DNA of 60,797 nt from IMG/VR virus record IMGVR_UViG_3300028549_000940, positions 1-60,797 of that record; one strand, written 5' to 3'. Numbering within the stretch: the stretch's first letter is position 1; the number at the start of each line of letters is the position of its first letter. Below the pieces are notes generated by a model. It was not told where the DNA came from. It saw nothing but the letters and a program-made list of their open reading frames with translations, and did not search any database. Below are positions 49,866-58,052 of the stretch, piece by piece. This DNA comes from a virus. The translations under genes and the position numbers were made by a program.

Positions 49866-52420
49866 AGGTTATATTTAGTTTTAAAAAGGTTCATTACTCC
49901 GTGAACTATTTCTGCCTCTATTTCTTCGTCCGATCCATAGACTGTGTTGGCTACCTCTCGCTTCTCTTCAATAATTCGGTAAACCCAGTTATCGATGGTT
50001 CCTTTCCCTATAAAGTAAGGACAGGTAACAGCGTTTTTTTGACCTATCCGGTGGGCGCGATCCTCGGCCTGATCCATAATTGCCGGGTGCCAACCCATTT
50101 CAATAAAGGCTACCGTTGACGAAGCTGTCAGGGTAATACCTACCCCGGCGGCTGCAATGGAGCAGAAAATAAGCCGCGTTTTATCATCTTTTTGGAACTT
50201 ATCTACGTTGTCCTGTCGATCTGCTATTGAGTCTTTTCCGGTGACGGAAACGCTACCGGGGAACCGGTGCTTTAATTCTCCCAACACCTCTCTTAGGTGT
50301 CCGAATACTATTAGCTTCTCACCGTTGGCTAAAGTGTCTTTAATGAACTCTGTAACGGCCTCGATCTTACCCCTAGCTGAGATGTTCTTTAGTATCCCGA
50401 TGCGAACCATTGCCTCGCTGCGCATCTTTCTTTTAATGTCGTGCTCTGATTCGTTCTTATACTCCCTTAAGTATTCAGCCAAGTCTCTTTCGGCGGTGTC
50501 ATACTCCTCTTGGGTGGTGATGTCGCAAAGGATTACTTGTCTGGTTTTTTCGGGTAGGTCGGTAACCTCCGATTTCTCCCTACGGTAGTAGCAGGTTGAA
50601 AAAAGTAAGTCTCTAAGCTCCTCCAGCTTCGATTCGTCCTTAGTATCGTAGTAGTCGCTGAAGTGTGCGTAGCCTCCGAACTTGTCTATCTGGTTGATGA
50701 TTGCCAACTGCGAGGCTAGGTCTCTTGGAGTATTAATTACCGGTGTTCCAGTGAGTAAAATTTGATACTCCTTTCCGTAGGCTATTCCGCGAACGAACTT
50801 GCTTTGCTGCGCTGAAGGATCCTTGCAATTAGATACCAGTATTCCGTCGGCAAAGTAGTTGTGCGTTGTTTCTATTTCGAGGTCATATACTGGCGTATTA
50901 TTCCAATAACCATTGGCAAGTTCTCTAGAATTTCCTTGTTCGTAAACCTCACAACTCTCCACCCTAACGAGTTCAATACCTCTGTTTTCAATTTGTCTAG
51001 TGCCTTTACTTTTGTTGTGCCGTGAGACATTCCGTCTACTTCTATCGAAAGAAAAATATCCGGTATTGCAATGTCTGACTTGTAGCAACCTGGAATGTGT
51101 TGGTATAAGTGTTTTACAGAACTCGTTGCTATTGGATACTCTAGCGCACTTTCCGGCAAGTTTAGCTCTCTCCAAAGTGACAGTTGAGGTATGGTAAGTT
51201 GTCCATTCCCTCCTCTGTTTTTGAATGCACGACCTTTTAATTTTGCTGATACTTTCTCTATAATACCTGGCATCTGCATTGGATTGTTTAATTTCATCCT
51301 GTCTGAATGCATCTTCTTTAGCACAGGGTCTAGCATTTGCTTTGTAGTAGAAACACGTAATTTTTCTATTTTTTGCTCTGATCTGCTGGACAATATTATT
51401 TCCGGTTGTCTTACTCTCCATTTTGCAGAACAACTTTGACTGCAAAAACGAATCTTTGCAGATTTCTTTCCGTGAAATTTGTGCGTAAATGACTCCCCGC
51501 AATAAGCACACTTCTTCTCTACTAAAATAACCGGATGTAAGTCTTTGCGTTTCTGTATTACATCTGGACGAGAATTTACCGAAGTTGAAGCACAACTTCT
51601 TGAACAGAATATCGCTGTCGTTTTCCCCGCTTTCTTTGTTGAGAATGTCTTTCCGCAGTAAATACAAATACGATCCACTTTTGATTTCTTGTATTTCTTC
51701 GAGCCGTCCGGCATTAGTATATACTTTGTGTCCTTCTGTGGCGTAGAGCTCTCCTCTTGTATGCTTGATTCTAAATAATCTTCGTTGTCCAACTTCATTT
51801 GTCCATATATTTAAAATGCGTTTATATACTATTGTGTTTGTATCAATATCAAACGACGTAACTAAAATGTCTTTAATGTTGTTTTTTGCAATGTCACCAA
51901 TGCTAATCACTCCTTTATTTGTAGATATCATGGTGTTATGAGGAAAGCATCTGTGGCCCTCGTCGATTACTACTGCCTTAAATAGATTTATCGTTGATTT
52001 AAACCGAACATCTGCCAACCTCCACCCTTTTTTGGTTGGCATTTCAGCCACAAAATACTTCTTCAGCGACTCGTAGTTCACAATAAACACGTTGGCAATA
52101 CCGGCCTGAAAGAATAGGTGCCAGGTGTTCACCATTGAGTCGGATAAGATCATTGGTTTTAAATCGGTCCACATGGTAATCTCACGCTCCCAATTCAGCT
52201 TCAAAGAGGAGGGGCAAACCACTAAGCATGGGATAGCGTTGGCTCCTTTGATGGCCGCAATGGCCTGTAGGGTCTTACCAAGACCCATTTGGTCGCCAAC
52301 AATAACTCTCTTATTCTTTAGGATATATGCTGTTCCCGGCTTTTGGTAGGAGAACATTTCTCCTTTCAGTGGGATAGTAATTTCTAGCTCTGGTAGTGGG
52401 TAGTTGTTCTGGAAGTTCAT
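49862..52420 (-). CDS. SNF2-family helicase precursor containing an intein (852 aa; about 478 aa after splicing)
   Basis: Motif I GDQMGLGKT, motif II VVIDEGHR, then an intein, then CKDPSAQQSKF. C-terminal motifs V/VI AAGVGITLT and QAEDRAHRIGQ. Confidence 0.9.
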   Translation of the reverse strand: MNFQNNYPLPELEITIPLKGEMFSYQKPGTAYILKNKRVIVGDQMGLGKTLQAIAAIKGANAIPCLVVCPSSLKLNWEREITMWTDLKPMILSDSMVNTWHLFFQAGIANVFIVNYESLKKYFVAEMPTKKGWRLADVRFKSTINLFKAVVIDEGHRCFPHNTMISTNKGVISIGDIAKNNIKDILVTSFDIDTNTIVYKRILNIWTNEVGQRRLFRIKHTRGELYATEGHKVYTNAGRLEEIQEIKSGSYLYLLRKDILNKESGENDSDILFKKLCFNFGKFSSRCNTETQRLTSGYFSREEVCLLRGVIYAQISRKEICKDSFLQSKLFCKMESKTTGNNIVQQIRAKNRKITCFYYKANARPCAKEDAFRQDEIKQSNADARYYRESISKIKRSCIQKQRREWTTYHTSTVTLERAKLAGKCARVSNSNEFCKTLIPTHSRLLQVRHCNTGYFSFDRSRRNVSRHNKSKGTRQIENRGIELVRVESCEVYEQGNSRELANGYWNNTPVYDLEIETTHNYFADGILVSNCKDPSAQQSKFVRGIAYGKEYQILLTGTPVINTPRDLASQLAIINQIDKFGGYAHFSDYYDTKDESKLEELRDLLFSTCYYRREKSEVTDLPEKTRQVILCDITTQEEYDTAERDLAEYLREYKNESEHDIKRKMRSEAMVRIGILKNISARGKIEAVTEFIKDTLANGEKLIVFGHLREVLGELKHRFPGSVSVTGKDSIADRQDNVDKFQKDDKTRLIFCSIAAAGVGITLTASSTVAFIEMGWHPAIMDQAEDRAHRIGQKNAVTCPYFIGKGTIDNWVYRIIEEKREVANTVYGSDEEIEAEIVHGVMNLFKTKYNL
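50828..51949 (-). mobile_element. Intein (374 codons) inserted after helicase motif II
   Basis: Verified codons: Cys1 TGC at 51949-51947, terminal Asn AAT at 50830-50828, and +1 Cys TGC at 50827-50825. Blocks CFPHNTMISTNKGVISIGDI, LYATEGHKVYT and VYDLEIETTHNYFADGILVSN. Confidence 0.85.
50872..51798 (-). CDS. Nested +1-frame endonuclease gene inside the intein: zinc-ribbon repeats plus a DUF559/Vsr-like PD-(D/E)XK domain (308 aa)
   Basis: ATG at 51798 verified. CIYCGKTF..FCSRSC and CAYCGESF..FCSQSC repeats. C-terminal YKSDIAIPDIFLSIEVDGMSHG..LGWRVVRFTNKEI. The frame offset from the helicase start is 622 nt. Confidence 0.75.
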   Translation of the reverse strand: MKLDNEDYLESSIQEESSTPQKDTKYILMPDGSKKYKKSKVDRICIYCGKTFSTKKAGKTTAIFCSRSCASTSVNSRPDVIQKRKDLHPVILVEKKCAYCGESFTHKFHGKKSAKIRFCSQSCSAKWRVRQPEIILSSRSEQKIEKLRVSTTKQMLDPVLKKMHSDRMKLNNPMQMPGIIEKVSAKLKGRAFKNRGGNGQLTIPQLSLWRELNLPESALEYPIATSSVKHLYQHIPGCYKSDIAIPDIFLSIEVDGMSHGTTKVKALDKLKTEVLNSLGWRVVRFTNKEILENLPMVIGIIRQYMTSK

Positions 52421-52812
52421 GCCGCTTTTGCTTTCTTGAGTGATTTTACTTTGTTTTGGTAGTCATTTATTAGCAGCTGCCCTTCGAAGTCCGACAGCTT
52501 GCTGGTTTGGTGACGCATTACGTCAAGCTCTTGAATTACATTTTCGCCATACTTCTTAACCAACCCTCGATGGTATCCGATCATGTTTCCCTCGTCGAAT
52601 CGGTTACATGCCCGGCACTGGCCGTTGCAGTTCTTTTCGTGCCATCGCGTGGATAGGTGTTTTCTGTTAACGTAGTGGCCGTTGTCGACCTGTTTCCAGT
52701 GGTGAATACCCCCGCAGGATATACACCTTACAAACCCGTTAGCGTCTGAGTCCCGAAGCCTTACATACTCAGAAAATACCTTATCCAGCTTTGCTACGAT
52801 GGTCTTGTTCAT
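52417..52812 (-). CDS. ninG: NinG-like recombination protein (131 aa)
   Basis: FSEYVRLRDSDANGFVRCISCG..DNGHYVNRKHLSTRWHEKNCNGQCRACN matches the lambda NinG family pattern. Confidence 0.65.
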   Translation of the reverse strand: MNKTIVAKLDKVFSEYVRLRDSDANGFVRCISCGGIHHWKQVDNGHYVNRKHLSTRWHEKNCNGQCRACNRFDEGNMIGYHRGLVKKYGENVIQELDVMRHQTSKLSDFEGQLLINDYQNKVKSLKKAKAA

Positions 52813-53525
52813 TACTTTTCGATAACTACGATTTCAGGGGCATACTCTTTTACCAAGAGAAGTTCTGCGTTAACTATCTCGTCTGTAACGGTGTCAATTA
52901 TCTCCTTTGCCATTGGGCTAACTAGGGTGCAGTTTAGAGACGAAGGGTTTATGTTCACCTCTACCTCTATATCTTGCTTAGCCTGACCTTTGAATATTGG
53001 CAATACAAGTGTGAATTTTTCAGGAATGTTACTGTCAACGGCTTGGCGCTGAAGGTTTGTTCTGTTGCCTCGCTTATCGTCAAGCTTCTCTACTTCGCTC
53101 TCGACCTTTGCTTTGAAGTTGTTAAGCTCCTTGATTAGGTTTGCTGCCTCGGATGGCTTTTCGAATGCAGAGCGATTCATTTTAATGAAGTCAGCGAGTT
53201 CAAAGGTTGTGTATTCTGTTCCTGTATTTATTCCAAACACAGTAAAGGCTTTTGCCTGAGATAACTTCCCTACAACTACTCCTCCGTAGAAGTTTGAAGC
53301 GTCAATGTTTAGCGTAATACTTTTATCTTCCCGATCAACTGAGATATGGCTGCACATCTGTATTTCTGTGCTAAGCTTTCTTGTTTGAATATACCTAGAT
53401 ACGGCATCTATGTTTCCGGTAATGCTAACCTTGTTGGGTTCTTTTAGCGGAAGCGCTGCTCCTTCTCTTACCTCTAAAACGATAGGTTTACCGTCTTGAT
53501 TGAATAGGTTAATTTCGTGTTTCAT
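52812..53525 (-). CDS. Hypothetical protein (237 aa)
   Basis: ATG ORF in the recombination block. No confident family. Confidence 0.5.
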   Translation of the reverse strand: MKHEINLFNQDGKPIVLEVREGAALPLKEPNKVSITGNIDAVSRYIQTRKLSTEIQMCSHISVDREDKSITLNIDASNFYGGVVVGKLSQAKAFTVFGINTGTEYTTFELADFIKMNRSAFEKPSEAANLIKELNNFKAKVESEVEKLDDKRGNRTNLQRQAVDSNIPEKFTLVLPIFKGQAKQDIEVEVNINPSSLNCTLVSPMAKEIIDTVTDEIVNAELLLVKEYAPEIVVIEK

Positions 53526-53544
53526 AAGTAGTTGATGTTTGGGT

Positions 53545-53970
53545 TTACATTGCTTTTTGTTCGCGATGAACGCTCATGATAGTGCGCTGTCTCTCTGATT
53601 CGTTCGATGGTCTTTCGTAGATTAGCTTGCCGCGCGGATCGTAATATCCAACCATGTCGTTGTTGTAGTCGGTGATTTTGAAACATTCACCGTTAAGCGA
53701 CCTACTCTTGTGCTTAATCTCGGTAAGCAGCATAGATTTTTCGGCAATGATAGGCTTTAGCTTTGCCTTGAACTTGTCTTTAATCTCTTGAAATTCATCG
53801 TTGATCTGAGACTCTTCGATGGAGCGAGAAGCAAGCATATCCTTTCGCTCTACAAGCTCTTCTGGGGTCAAGTAGTCGGTGTAGGTCATTACCTCTACAG
53901 AGTCTGCAATTGACCTTAACGATTCAATCCTGTTTGCAGGATGTTCGTCTTGAAATAGTAGCTTATCCAT
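53545..53970 (-). CDS. Hypothetical protein (141 aa)
   Basis: ATG ORF. Helical and acidic. Confidence 0.5.
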   Translation of the reverse strand: MDKLLFQDEHPANRIESLRSIADSVEVMTYTDYLTPEELVERKDMLASRSIEESQINDEFQEIKDKFKAKLKPIIAEKSMLLTEIKHKSRSLNGECFKITDYNNDMVGYYDPRGKLIYERPSNESERQRTIMSVHREQKAM

Positions 53971-53991
53971 ATAAATTAGTGTTGGTGAAAA

Positions 53992-54402
53992 TTATGATCT
54001 GTTAAAGCTGCCAATAGCCATTTCAGCCTTGGCCTTTGAGATTACTGTCCGGCACCACTCCAGCTGGTGGGTAGCGGTTCTGTTTAGTCGCTCAATCCAA
54101 TCGACGAGATACTGCTCTTCTTTGCATAGCGACTTGATAAGCTCATTCACTGAGGTAGTGGAAGCGTTCGGAGTGTCCTTCGCTATCATTCTAAGTGAGT
54201 CCATGATGTCGGACTTTTTTTTGTCGTTAAGGTGATACTTAGCATCTGCTAGCATCTTTCCGGTTCTGGATATGTGAGCGGCTAGCATATTACCCCGCTC
54301 TTGGGCTTCGTTGGCATCTTCCGACATAGTTACGTCAAGATCGGACTGGATTACCTTAGCCTCTTCGTTAAGGTCGCTAAGGGTGGTTATGACTAGGTTC
54401 AT
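53992..54402 (-). CDS. Hypothetical protein (136 aa)
   Basis: ATG ORF with ATGA coupling to the upstream exonuclease gene. Confidence 0.5.
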   Translation of the reverse strand: MNLVITTLSDLNEEAKVIQSDLDVTMSEDANEAQERGNMLAAHISRTGKMLADAKYHLNDKKKSDIMDSLRMIAKDTPNASTTSVNELIKSLCKEEQYLVDWIERLNRTATHQLEWCRTVISKAKAEMAIGSFNRS

Positions 54403-55052
54403 GCTTGTCGTTTGTATTGTCCAAAAAGTAAATTGTGTCTGTACGCTAGGTTTATATACTGGTTAAAACCTTCTGTATAGAAATCGTCTCCTCTGGTGAT
54501 TGCTATTTTAAAAACCTTGAAATTCACCTTTGAAACACCGATCAGAAAATCTCTATCGCTTCCGGCTATGTCCATATACCAAGCTCGCTGTCTGGGGTAG
54601 TCGAAGTGCCTACAGGCTGCTTCGAACTCCTTTTGGGTTTTGGCGGTGGTGCTTTTTATGTCACCGCCATAGCCTACTGGAGGCTTCCAAATATCCCACT
54701 TACAGCGAACTGCTAGATCAAACTTAATCCCGTTAAACTCCATTTGCTTTACCTTTCGCATTGTAGTCTGGGTTTCGGCTCCGGCCATCATACTTTGGCA
54801 AAACGCATCGTTCCAGAATGCCTCCTTCATCTTAAGAATCAGGTCGAACGTTTCCTTGTCGAACACATCTTCGTCAACTGACCGCTTGAAGTAGTTTACC
54901 CTTGCTGGTTCCGTAAGGATGGCATCGAAAGCGTTTCCAAACCGGTAGGCGCTTGTTGGGTCGGGAAGGTTTCTCGGAAAGAGCTGGTTTTGAAGCCAGC
55001 CCAAATCCGAGTTTGAAACTTCGGGCCACGAAAAGTATGGGTCGTGGTTCAT
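54399..55052 (-). CDS. PD-(D/E)XK exonuclease (RecB/Cas4/lambda-Exo-like) (217 aa)
   Basis: KWDIW..GGDIKSTTA (D..D-x-K) followed by QRAWYMD (QxxxY). Adjacent to the RecT-like gene. Confidence 0.6.
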   Translation of the reverse strand: MNHDPYFSWPEVSNSDLGWLQNQLFPRNLPDPTSAYRFGNAFDAILTEPARVNYFKRSVDEDVFDKETFDLILKMKEAFWNDAFCQSMMAGAETQTTMRKVKQMEFNGIKFDLAVRCKWDIWKPPVGYGGDIKSTTAKTQKEFEAACRHFDYPRQRAWYMDIAGSDRDFLIGVSKVNFKVFKIAITRGDDFYTEGFNQYINLAYRHNLLFGQYKRQA

Positions 55053-55053
55053 G

Positions 55054-56244
55054 CTACTTGGCTTTAATGGTTTCCACGTAGGTTATGAAAGGAGAGCTGA
55101 TCTTCTCGTCGTTCTTAGTAGCGTAGTCCTCGCAGAATGCTTTCATTTGAGCAAACGTCTTTCTCTCAATCTTCTCTTGTGAAAGTGTTTTACCTTCCTT
55201 CTCAAACCAGAACTGAGCGATTACTAGGTAGGCAGCGTTGTTTGTTACATTGATCTTGTAGGACTCCTTTACCTTTGGGGCATCGGTGAAGCTCATTGTG
55301 GCCTGTGCTGTTACAATTGCGTTAGCTGATTCGCTCGAAGCTGAAACGGATGCCTTTGCTTCTGCCTCCTTACGGGCCGACTCCTGATCAGCAATAATCT
55401 TTTGCGCCTCTTCATCCTTGCGCTTCTGAACTTCTGCCTCCAACTTTTTTTTATCTTCCTCACCGGCCCTGCTGATCTCAACTAGCTCCTGTTTCTTCGA
55501 AGGCAGCTTATCAACCATGCTTCTCTTTTCAGAGGAAACGGCTTGCCTGAATTGCTCGTTGAAAGACATAAACAAGTCTCTTGATTTTACGTCAGCAACG
55601 ATTGATTCAACCTCTTCTTTTGAAAGAACCGTAGAGGTAATTGCTACCGTTAGCTTGTTGAACGCTTCGGTGGTGAATGCCTCAGAAATAGCCTTAATGC
55701 CTATCTCTGCTGAGTCTATATTCTCAAGCGTATATGACTCGAACTGCTCGAGCATTCCGCTCTTCTGTGCAGAAAGAATCTCTTGAAACTTCTCGGAGAA
55801 CTTAACCTCAGCCAACCGCTTAACCTCAATTTTCACCATATCCTTTTGCTTCTGCAGTAACGCAACTCTTTCTCGCTCCTTTTGCTCGTTGATCTTCTTG
55901 GTTGCGTATGCATCGCGCCGATTTTGGATTTCGTTGTTGATAGGGTCAAGAGCGCTCTCAAGCGATGTGAATTCCTTCTTTAGCTTATCTACGAGCTGGG
56001 TAAAACCCTTTCTATTCTCGTTCATGGTCTTAATGGTTACCTTTACCTTTGCTTGATAGTTCGCCATTTGAGAGTCCATGAGGTCGCTCATTCCGTCAGT
56101 TTCAACTAACTTGAGTAGGTTGTTTCCTACGGCCAACGCTTTAGAAACGGACGTTGTATTTGCCTCCAATACTGCTGGAGCTTCGCCAATTACTTTCTGT
56201 ATTTCGGCTATGTTGATTGCGGGTAATGTTGTAGTTGCTTCCAT
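55054..56244 (-). CDS. Coiled-coil protein of the recombination module (396 aa)
   Basis: Long K/E/A-rich helical ORF between the RecT-like and exonuclease genes. Confidence 0.5.
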   Translation of the reverse strand: MEATTTLPAINIAEIQKVIGEAPAVLEANTTSVSKALAVGNNLLKLVETDGMSDLMDSQMANYQAKVKVTIKTMNENRKGFTQLVDKLKKEFTSLESALDPINNEIQNRRDAYATKKINEQKERERVALLQKQKDMVKIEVKRLAEVKFSEKFQEILSAQKSGMLEQFESYTLENIDSAEIGIKAISEAFTTEAFNKLTVAITSTVLSKEEVESIVADVKSRDLFMSFNEQFRQAVSSEKRSMVDKLPSKKQELVEISRAGEEDKKKLEAEVQKRKDEEAQKIIADQESARKEAEAKASVSASSESANAIVTAQATMSFTDAPKVKESYKINVTNNAAYLVIAQFWFEKEGKTLSQEKIERKTFAQMKAFCEDYATKNDEKISSPFITYVETIKAK

Positions 56245-56246
56245 AT

Positions 56247-57101
56247 CTAAAAAGGTTCGTCTGGGTTAATAGTTATTGTTGCTTTTTCTTCTGGGGCCGG
56301 TTTGGCGAATGATGTGGTATTTACTGGTGCTTCGTCCTCATCGTCCTCACCCTCTAGCGCTACTACTGCGCTAACCTTTAGCTTTCCCTTTGAGCGCATG
56401 GCATGCTTGATTGTTTTAGCTTCTAAGAACCCGGGGTCAATGCCTCCGTTTGCAGAAGAGTAAAGAGCGTTGGCACTTCCCCCTGTCTTAGGAATAGAGC
56501 ACTTCTTTAATCGCTCAATGTCGTCTACCGTTAGCCACTTGAAGTCTGAGATGTTTCCGGGAACGATCATCCTTACCCATGATCCTATGATAGTATTTGA
56601 CTTACGTGGAATGCAAGCGGCATAGTCCACATATATCTCTCCGTGCTGGTTTGTCCTTGGCTGGAAGGTGTCTCCCTCGTAAACCACAATTGGGTTTAGC
56701 ATGACAAGAATTTGACCGCTCTTTATCCTTGCCTCTAGCTCTCCGTAGGCGGTAAGAACTATTCTACAGGTATGAATCCAGTTTTCACCTACCTTAGATG
56801 ATCTTGACTCTAAATAAGCCAGTGACTTTGCTCCGGGCTGAATAGAGGTGCCAATGATTGCTATTTCTAACCAAGCGGAGTATAGGCTAATTTTTGTGCA
56901 AGTCTTTAGCTTATCGCTTGACGATAGCGCTTGCTTGTAGTAAATTGCCTCTTTGTTGTAAATGACTTCGGCATCTTCGGTTGACACCTTGTGAATCTTC
57001 GAGTAGGTTTCGATGAACTGGCTCTTTACCTTTTCATCGTCCACCATCCTAACGGAGTCGAGACTATCTAACCACGTTTGGTTTTTTGGGTTATCTGCCA
57101 T
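56247..57101 (-). CDS. recT: RecT-like single-strand annealing protein (284 aa)
   Basis: SLYSAWLEIAIIGTSIQPGAKSLAYLE, LTAYGELEARIKSGQILVMLNPIVVYEGDTF and EAKTIKHAMRS parallel conserved RecT blocks. Confidence 0.55.
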   Translation of the reverse strand: MADNPKNQTWLDSLDSVRMVDDEKVKSQFIETYSKIHKVSTEDAEVIYNKEAIYYKQALSSSDKLKTCTKISLYSAWLEIAIIGTSIQPGAKSLAYLESRSSKVGENWIHTCRIVLTAYGELEARIKSGQILVMLNPIVVYEGDTFQPRTNQHGEIYVDYAACIPRKSNTIIGSWVRMIVPGNISDFKWLTVDDIERLKKCSIPKTGGSANALYSSANGGIDPGFLEAKTIKHAMRSKGKLKVSAVVALEGEDDEDEAPVNTTSFAKPAPEEKATITINPDEPF

Positions 57102-57130
57102 ATATTTGCTGTGTTAAATTTCGTTTATAC

Positions 57131-57370
57131 TTAAGCCTCGTTGGATTGCAGCCGCGAGGCTTTTTCTTTGTTAAATAGGATTCTCTTTTCATCCACCCAC
57201 TTTGCTATTTCAGAGGCTTTGGTTTCCTCGTCGTAGTCCAGAATGTCGATTGTAATTCCGTCGACAAAGAATAAAGCCCGGTGGAATGAACCCTGAATAA
57301 ATACCCCGCTCTTAGAGTCAAAGGATACTGTGTGATCTTTCGGTGCCTTAGCGGATGTTTTAGCGACCAT
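57131..57370 (-). CDS. Hypothetical protein (79 aa from ATG 57370; the ORF is open to 57433)
   Basis: In-frame ATG at 57370 overlaps the upstream gene end by 11 nt, whereas the longer form would overlap by 74 nt. Confidence 0.45.
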   Translation of the reverse strand: MVAKTSAKAPKDHTVSFDSKSGVFIQGSFHRALFFVDGITIDILDYDEETKASEIAKWVDEKRILFNKEKASRLQSNEA

Positions 57371-57566
57371 GCCTGTCGTCGTTAAGGCACTCAGGGCACC
57401 AGTATTCAATGGATTTACGATTTCTGATAACAACCTCTCTCGTTGCTAAATCTTCCGGGAGAAAAAGCATTCCGCAAATGCTGCATGCTTCGCGCTCATC
57501 CTCGGCGGTGTCGGTATGGTCCTCCTTGGTTTCGCCATACTTCTCTTCAAAGTCAGTCCAAGTCAT
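57360..57566 (-). CDS. Zinc-ribbon protein (68 aa)
   Basis: CSICG ... CPEC cysteine pairs. Confidence 0.5.
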   Translation of the reverse strand: MTWTDFEEKYGETKEDHTDTAEDEREACSICGMLFLPEDLATREVVIRNRKSIEYWCPECLNDDRHGR

Positions 57567-57627
57567 TTGGTTAAGTTTTTAGCTGGTCGGATACCGGCCA
57601 TTTGTAAAACATCTTCGAATGAATACA

Positions 57628-57819
57628 TCACGCGGTTTGCTTTTGCATTGCCCGTTCCAAGGTCTCCTCTTTTACCAGCCTCCGGTTTCCGAATCCTACC
57701 GGAACTACCTTTAGCGTCTCTAACCTTTTCCATAGCGTTCTGTAGTTGTTTGGTGATTGCTTTATTCGTAGGCGCTCCATCATCTCGTATGGAGTAAGCC
57801 ATTTAGCGGCTGCTTCCAT
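57628..57819 (-). CDS. Small HTH protein, excisionase/AlpA-like (63 aa)
   Basis: WLTPYEMMERLRIKQSPNNYRTLWKRLETLKVVPVGFGNRRLVKEETLERAM fits the Xis-type HTH pattern. Preferred over the overlapping 57563..57802 ORF. Confidence 0.5.
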   Translation of the reverse strand: MEAAAKWLTPYEMMERLRIKQSPNNYRTLWKRLETLKVVPVGFGNRRLVKEETLERAMQKQTA

Positions 57820-58000
57820 GAACGCGCCTATAAATGGTAGTTACGTAGAATGGAGTTAGGTTAAACTCTTCGGCTACCTTATTCCATACTGCCATTTTCT
57901 TGTTTGCTGGGTTTGCAAATAGCGCCTTACACGCCTTTACCACTTTTTCGTCTCGCTCCTTTCGCTTTATTTCTCCGGGAGTAAATACCTTCGTTTTCAT
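57803..58000 (-). CDS. First early-operon gene, small basic protein (65 aa from ATG 58000); Cro-like role possible
   Basis: The ORF is open to 58105, but the first 35 codons coincide with the promoter-operator cassette that is duplicated at 59394..59446. ATG 58000 is downstream of the TATATTTG box. Confidence 0.5.
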   Translation of the reverse strand: MKTKVFTPGEIKRKERDEKVVKACKALFANPANKKMAVWNKVAEEFNLTPFYVTTIYRRVHGSSR

Positions 58001-58052
58001 AATTTCTTGACTTTTGAGTTTCGATGTCGTATATTGTGCTAATAATCGAATA

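Noticed and set aside
57563-57802. A 79-aa ORF overlapping the 63-aa HTH ORF in another frame.
   Set aside because: Its translation is G/K/R/A-rich and low in complexity, while the overlapping frame (57628..57819) gives a clean Xis-type HTH. It is treated as a shadow ORF. The overlap is short, unlike the overlaps of more than 900 nt at dcm and the intein.
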